This document shows, piece after piece, positions 52,685 to 64,000 of a stretch of DNA of 64,000 nucleotides. A program made the position numbers and the translations under genes. The notes under the pieces are model-generated. The model made no database searches, was not told the origin of the DNA, and saw only the letters and a list, made by a program, of their open reading frames with translations. The stretch lies in the NCBI RefSeq assembly GCF_009914755.1, contig NC_060925.1; one strand, given 5' to 3'. Numbering within the stretch: position 1 is the stretch's first letter; every line of letters begins with the position of its first letter. The stretch comes from the human T2T-CHM13v2.0 reference genome, Homo sapiens.

Positions 52685-53689
52685 TTATCTCTTGCTTCTA
52701 AATCTGTCTCACAGTGACTCTCTACTACTACTCTGTATTGACAATCTTTAAATGGGATGGTACTTGTTTTGCACATTTCATAGGATAGTTATGAGAATCA
52801 AAAAAGATAAGATGTACAAAAGAACACACAGATGTCTCTGGTGTATTCATTTTATTGGATAATATTTGAGACACCAAAGAAATCTTTGAAATCTTGTACA
52901 CATATTTGTTTGTAATCAGTAATGCTATAAAATAAGTTGAACAGATGAATATTTGAAAAGTTATCTATAAAGACATATTTTGTGTGGGTTCAAGGGATCT
53001 GTGAGTGAAAGGTAGAGGAATGCAGAAATGTAGGGATGTATTATAAAAAGTGGATCAGATGATCTCTAGCAGCCTGAATTCTTTCTGCAATGAGGAGTAT
53101 ATGTAAATAACAGGTGACCTATAAGATCCTTCCAACATCAATAATCTATGAGTCTTTGTTATGGGTTACTTATTTTCTGTTAGAATATCCTCAAATTAGC
53201 GAGATATGCCCAAAAGAGCTTTTTAATTTTATTTTAGCTTAGATCATCAATAATCACCATTCTTTCTTTGTCCATTTCTAAAATTGTTTATATTTAAGGT
53301 ATACAGCATGTTTTGCTATACATATACAAAACATATACAGATACAAAATCATGAAATGATTTTTATGTTTTGATACACAGATACAAAATCATGAAATGAT
53401 TACTACAGTTAAGCAAATTAACCTATCCATCTCCTTCTATAATTTTTAAAATTGTGGTATAAGCATCTAAAATCTGTCTTAGCAAATTTTATATATACTA
53501 TACAATATGAATAATTATAGACTTCGCGCTATACATTAGCTCTCTAGACTTATTCATCCTACATAACTGCGAGTTTGTACCCTTTGACCTACTTATTCCC
53601 ATTTCGTCCCCCTCCTTTCCCCTGGTAACTGTGGCTATACTCTTGTTTCTGCGTATTCAGCTTTAAAAAAAAAAAAAAAAAAGGATTTC

Positions 53690-53997
<308 letters not shown>

Positions 53998-54144
53998 AGG
54001 ATTTCATATATAAATGAGATCATGTAGTGTCTTTCTTTTTGTGTCTGGCTTATTTCATTTAACATAGTGTCCTCCAGGTTCATCTATGTTGTTTCAAATG
54101 ACAGTATCTCCTTTTTTTTTTTTTTAAGGCTGAATAATATTCCC

Positions 54145-54145
<1 letters not shown>

Positions 54146-54188
<43 letters not shown>
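54146..54188. repeat. (TG)n microsatellite
   Basis: Directly visible. Confidence 0.97.
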
Positions 54189-54193
<5 letters not shown>

Positions 54194-55105
54194 CCACAAA
54201 TTCTTTATCTGTTCATCTTAGGACAGACACTTAGGTTGTTTCCATAATCTAGGCTATTGTGAATAATGCTGCAATGAATATGTGAAAGCATATATCTCTA
54301 TGAGGTGCTGATTTCAGTTTCTTTGGGTGTATACCCAGCAGAGGGATTGCTGGATCATAGGCAGTTCTATTTTTAATGTTTTGAGGAACTTCTATACCAT
54401 TTTCCGTAATGTCTGTGTAGCAATTTACATTTTCAACAACAGTGTACAAGGGTTTCCTTTTCTCCACACTTTGGCCAACACTTTTGTCTTTTTGATAATA
54501 GCCATCCAAACAGGTGTGAGGTGATAGCTCATTGTGGTTTCGATTTGCTTTTCCCTGATAATTAGTGATGTTTTCAGTGCTTTTTCATATACCTGTTGGC
54601 CCTTTGTATGTCTTCTTTGGAAAAATGTCTCTTTAGGTTCTTTGCCCATTTTTTAATTGGGTTATTTCGTTTTGTTTTGTTTTTTGCTGTTGAGTTGTGA
54701 GAGTTCCTTATGTATTTTGGATATTAACCCTTTACCAGATACATAGTTTGCAAATATTTTCTCCCAGTCCATAGGCTGCCTTTTCATTTTGTTGTTTGTT
54801 TTGGAGAAGCTTTTTAGTTTGATGTAGTCCTACTTATTTATTTTTGCTTTTGTTGTTTGAGCTTTTGGTGTAGTATCCACCAATATCATTGCCAAGGCCG
54901 AACAATATCAGGGAGCTTTTCCCTTGTGTTTTCTTCTAGGGGTTTTAAGGTTTTATTATAGATATTAGTGTTTACTTCTTTAAGCTATTTTAGCAAACAT
55001 TCTTTAAATGTCAGTTGCACTTAGATTGAATATAAATATATAATTATCTGAGTAAGATGCAGCTATGGTGTTTTGCTTTTTCCCCTCCAAGTTAAAAAGA
55101 TTTTT

Positions 55106-55398
<293 letters not shown>

Positions 55399-56162
55399 GT
55401 TAAAAAGATTTTTTAGAGGATGGGGTGGGTGAAGTGGCTTACTATTACATTATTACATACTTGGTTCTTAATGCATTTCTTATGACTTCCTCTCAAATTT
55501 GGATTTCCTGAGTGTGCATTTTGAGAAGAAACTTAATATCATTATATATATGAAAGGTCATTTTAATTTTATGTAGTAAGTTTATGGCTTTTTATACAGT
55601 TGGTTTCATTCTCTGTCGTTTTTTTTTCAACAAGTATTTATTTATAAGGTAGAATATGGGTTTTGTGCTGGAGAAGCAGAGATGAGAGATTGTTGAAGAG
55701 CTGACAGTCTTATTGGGGAAACAGATGAATAGAGAGTGGCAAGGAAGGGGCACCACAAGGTGTGTCTTCAGAAGGATATGTAAACTGATCTGGGTTTCAA
55801 GTAAGGCTGTCTGGAATATCTGAGTTGAGTTTATAGAAAGCAAGAGGGATATTTTAGATATAGGTATGAAACTTTGAAATAGTAAGTCTTTACCTATCTA
55901 GACTCAGTGGCAGTACCTCATCTCTCTGAAACATTACAAAAGCCCCCAAATAGTTGTCAGTTTAATAAGAAATTCTTTATAAATAAAGCTCTTTAGGCTG
56001 TCGCTGAGAGCTTATTTTTACTTTATATATGATACTTAAGGTTTCTAAGGTTGTAGTAGATTAAGGAGGAATAATTTACAAGCAGCAAGATGCTGCAATA
56101 AACATACTGATAACAAGACAGATTTCTGACAACATGATAGCAATGAAGAAATTGGAAAAAAA

Positions 56163-56163
<1 letters not shown>

Positions 56164-56198
<35 letters not shown>
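56164..56198. repeat. (CA)n microsatellite
   Basis: Directly visible. Confidence 0.97.
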
Positions 56199-56200
<2 letters not shown>

Positions 56201-56356
56201 CTGAATAAGTCATAGATAATACAAGGAAAACATCCTTGGACAACTAAATTAGCTTTAAGGGTATCAAATGTATTTGTAATACTATAGAATAATAATGAAA
56301 GTTTGCTGTGCTCTCTGTTACCAAGAAGACATGAAATATATGTCCTGTATAGTATA

Positions 56357-56952
56357 TATATTAGTTAGGATTCTTCAGAGAAACAGAACCAATAGGATAG
56401 CTATGTGTAGATACAGATCTGTTGGAATTGGCTTACACAATTATGGAGGCTGAGAAATCCCGTGATAGGCCGTCTGCAAACTAGGGAACTAGGGAAACCA
56501 GTAGCTCATTTCAAGTCCAAAGGCCTGAGAACCAGCAGAGCCAACATTGTATTAGGTTGGTGCAAAAGTGATTGAGGTTTTTGCAAAATAACTCTCAATT
56601 CGAGGCTGAAGGCTGAAAAACTAGGGGGCTGCTGATGCAAGTCCTGGAGTCCAAAGGCTGGAGAACCTGAAGTTCTGAGGTCAGAGGGCAAGAAAGACAA
56701 ATGTCTGAGCTCCAGAACAGAGAGTGAGTGAATTTGCCCTTCCTCTGCCTTTTTGTTTTATCTTATCCCCCAGCAGATTGGATGGTGCCTGCCCACACTG
56801 GGTAAGGGTAGATCGTTCTTACTCAGTCTATTGATTCAAATGGCAGTCTCTTTGGGAAACACCCTCATAGGCAAATGCGGAAATAATGCTTTTACTAGCT
56901 ATCTGGGTATCCCCTAGTTTAGTCAAGTTGACAACTAAAACTAGCTATCACA
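56357..56952 (-). mobile_element. MLT2 (ERVL) solo LTR
   Basis: cagagaaacagaaccaatagga...ggaattggcttacacaattatggaggctgaga...gtcaagttgaca...atcaca. Confidence 0.85.
56552..56588 (+). mobile_element. Hsmar1/MADE1 solo terminal inverted repeat
   Basis: ttaggttggtgcaaaagtgattgaggtttttgc flanked by TA at 56550-56551 and 56589-56590. Confidence 0.85.
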
Positions 56953-57450
56953 GTAAATTTATGAAGGTGTCAAAGTATTTATATTACTAAGATTTTTAAA
57001 ATATGAAATAGGATGAAAACCAGGGGGTAAACTTAGTACAGTTATCAAATTGTTTTTTTCAGCATGATTGATTTCTAAAAGGCTTTGAATAACCATAGAT
57101 TTAATTTTCTTGTATATGACACATACAGACCAGTAGATTATGGAATGCTAGACATTGTTCAGTACAATATTATATAACTGTAGTTAGAAATTACTTAGAT
57201 ACCAGAGTTATGGTTCTTAACCACTTGGGTACCAAGAATTTTTAGAGAGCATGAACCATGTCGTCTTTTTGTTCTGGATGGCATGAAGTTGGGGTCTGAG
57301 CATAGATATCATCTTAAAAAGCCTTTCTTGAGACTGTGGTCTCTGTTAGAAATCTCTCATTTGTGCTTTTAAAGCATTCAGTTTTCCTCTTTGTTGTCAT
57401 ACTAATCACATTGTATTGCAACTTGCCTGTTTCTGCATTAGACTACAGGC

Positions 57451-57936
<486 letters not shown>

Positions 57937-58308
57937 TAGCGAGAAGACAGCATTGTTTTAGATTTTGCAAACCTGTGTAATGTCTGGCTTTGTAGAAGAC
58001 AGACAAATTCTCATATTTGTCACTGCATTCACCCTATTGCAGTATGCTTTTTGGGTTGAAATATCCAAAGAAAAGCTGGCCTCATATGTAGCTTGTAAAG
58101 GGAGGAGTATTTTAATAGTCTTTTAAGGTAATGTTGATATTTTTCTTTCATATCACACCAGAATTCTACAGTTGGTAGTTTTATATTAATGGTTAGTTGC
58201 CATGTAAAATCTTACATCACATTAATGAACTTTTTGTAACCTGTTACATTTAAAATCCACTGGTCTGTCTTGCAGTTTGAATGGATCTTTTATCTATGTG
58301 TAATTTTA

Positions 58309-58715
<407 letters not shown>

Positions 58716-58764
58716 TCAACATTTGTTAATACTGCCATCAGTGTCATCAGAAAAGTCTTCTAAG

Positions 58765-60995
<2,231 letters not shown>

Positions 60996-61035
60996 CCAGA
61001 AAAGTCTTTTAAGTAGTGTGAGGCTGTTAAGCTAG

Positions 61036-61133
61036 TTTTTTTTTATTTTTTATTTTTCAAGAGACAGGGTCTTGCTGTGTTGCCCAGGCTGTACTCAAAC
61101 TCCTGGGCTCAAGCGATCCTCTTGCCTTAGCCT
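61036..61133 (-). mobile_element. Alu/FLAM fragment
   Basis: gagacagggtcttgct...ctcaagcgatcct; flanked by taagct. Confidence 0.75.
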
Positions 61134-61510
61134 AAGCTGATTTTTTTTTTTGCTTGAAGCTAAAATTTTATCATTGGCAACAAATACTGTCAGTTGTTTT
61201 CTTCGAATTGACTGTGTTAGCTTGTTCCATTGAGAGAAAATGTCTTCCAAATACCCAAGTCCTTACAACTATAGTTTGTCAGTTAGTTGTTCTTTAAAGT
61301 AAAAATGGTACTCTGTGAAGAAAATGGTTAATTTAACTTGCCACTCAAACAATTGCACAAGTGCATTTTCTTCTGAAAACTATTATACTTTGGTGTGCAG
61401 CAGAAATACTTTGTGTATTTCCTACTTTGTCACATAGAATGTTAAAAAGATGTGTGCTCAAAAGGTTGGAGATAATTTTTACTGTTTCATTAAAGACAGT
61501 CTTAGCACGT

Positions 61511-61511
<1 letters not shown>

Positions 61512-61550
<39 letters not shown>
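61512..61550. repeat. (CA)n microsatellite
   Basis: Directly visible. Confidence 0.97.
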
Positions 61551-61552
<2 letters not shown>

Positions 61553-62443
61553 TTTAACTGAGCATATATGGTTGTACAGTGACTACCAGTATACTTTGGT
61601 GCTGCTGTTTCATTTGTGTTAAGACACCAGCAATCTTACCCACCATTGCTTTTGCATCATCACATTAGCACAGTGAAAAAAGCAAATAATGTCTCAGTAT
61701 TATTAGGAAAATTGCTCTGACCTTATGAACTCTCTGAAAGGGTCTTGGGGGACTTCTGGGGTCCATGGACCACACTTTGGGAATAGCTGGAATAGAGCAA
61801 GCCCTGTATAAGCCCAGCAATTTGTTGTTCAATGTTACTTTTTCATCTTATGTATGCATTTAATGTAGAAAATAATATGTTAGTAGTATTCAAGAATTTG
61901 GACATTTGTTAAAGTCTCAGAATATATTCCTTGGAGATAGCAAGAGTATGCTGGAGCAAACATTTTTTAAATAACTTCATTGAAACATGTTTTATAATGC
62001 ATATTCTTAAGACTCTTCTTCCTAAAAGGAATAAAGAATTAGTTGAGATTTCCATAAGGGATACCTTTATATCAGTTGCTAAGTTCAGGGTACTGATCCT
62101 GTATAAGAATAGCTTCCAATTCAGATCTATAAACAACAAAATAGTTTAGTGAAAACACACACACAGGATTTGGAGTGGCAGAGAACTAGTAGTTCTAGAG
62201 CCAGACAGACCTGGTTTGAACCCTGACTCCACTGTTGTAACCTTGGGCAAGTTGGTGTGACCACACTGTCATTTCTTAGCACTCTTTACTGCCGCTTTAT
62301 ATGTTCTTGAGGTCTTTCATTAGTACTAGAATAATGATACAATGATAGTGATGCATGTAATCATGACAATTGGAAACTTGCTATTTCCTCCATTAGCTAA
62401 AATTTGAAAGCCATAATTGATAAACTTTGCTTAAGTTGTACAT

Positions 62444-62733
62444 TTTTTTGAGATAAGGTCTCACTCTGTCACCTACCTTAGAGTACAATAGTGTGATCAT
62501 AGCTCACTGCAGCCTTGAACTCCTGGGCTCAAGGGATCTTCCTGCCTTAGCCTCCCAAGTGGCTGGGACTGAAGGCATATGCCACCACGCCTGGCTAATT
62601 TTTTATATTTTTTTGTAGAGACAAGATCTCGCTTTGTTGCCCAAGCTGGTCTCGAACTCCTGGGCTTCAGTTATCCTCGTGCCTTGGCCTCCCAAAGTGC
62701 TAGGATTACAGGCATGAGCCACCGCATCTGGCC
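62444..62733 (-). mobile_element. AluJ
   Basis: Full diverged Alu. Confidence 0.9.
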
Positions 62734-63089
62734 AAGTTTTACTTTTATTTTGTGAAAATAGTACCTGGTAGCCTCTGAATAATATATATTTCTTGTTGTG
62801 TTTTAAAATTTGCTTATTTGTGTTCATATATTCACTCTTGATAATTTAATAATTATTAAAACACTCTGTGCCTGGTACTTGTTTCATGCTTTACCTGCAT
62901 TATTTCATTTAAGATCAATATGTGAAGTGGGCACTTCTCTTACATTTAATTCACAGACGAGAAAACAGAGGATACAGGGAGATTGAGTAACTTGTCCTAT
63001 ATGATATGGTTTATAAGTGGCAGAACTGAGATGTAAACTCTTTTCTATTAGGTTCTTTTTTGCTACAACTAACACCAGAAAAGTAGCTT

Positions 63090-63689
<600 letters not shown>

Positions 63690-64000
63690 AACCACCATTA
63701 GTAGGGCTGTGAAGAGAGAGTATGTGTGTAAGGTCACTATTCCTGAGCATATGCCAGTAAGGGAGACAGCTTAAACAAATTAAGGGCTCTGCCAACAGAA
63801 AGAAGGGAGGTGGGTAGGAATGATTATTTACATAGGTAACAAAGAGTGTCTGCACCTTTGTGTCTTTTAACTACTACTATACTGTACTCCCTCCCTAATT
63901 TAAGAAGATATTTTAAAATAGCATAAATGAGGGAGAAATATAAATGGTAATAAATTTCAGGATAGAAGAAATCCTATGGAGATTTGACAGTTACAGTGGT

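Overview
Primate (almost certainly human) euchromatic DNA with no protein-coding exon. About 60-70% is interspersed repeat: roughly 40 Alu/FLAM elements, two near full-length L1s (L1PA8-like on -, L1PA7-like on +), two 5'-inverted (twin-primed) L1s, a complete MSTA (MaLR) provirus, other LTRs, L2/MIR and DNA-transposon fossils (MER8, MER63A, Charlie1a, Tigger3, an Hsmar1 solo TIR). A CpG island at ~41.1-42.4 kb holds a promoter and a non-coding first exon ending at a GAG|GTGAGG donor (41636/41637). From memory this exon resembles the RABGAP1L 5' UTR (unverified), which would make everything downstream intron 1. Every ORF in the track is repeat-derived or spurious. I found no new gene system. 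The most unusual signals are fossils of DNA repair and retrotransposition: an Alu plus its unique flank copied from 19.6 kb into a deletion junction at 57.9 kb, a 92-bp gene-conversion tract between neighbouring Alus, a young AluY(c1-like) with a 25-nt poly(A) at its 5' end inside its TSD, a miniature DUP-INV-DUP template switch, a 38-bp near-perfect hairpin, and a tiny twin-primed L1PA2 with a possible 3' micro-transduction tag. Subfamily calls come from recalled consensus features, not a RepeatMasker run, and old-repeat boundaries are approximate.
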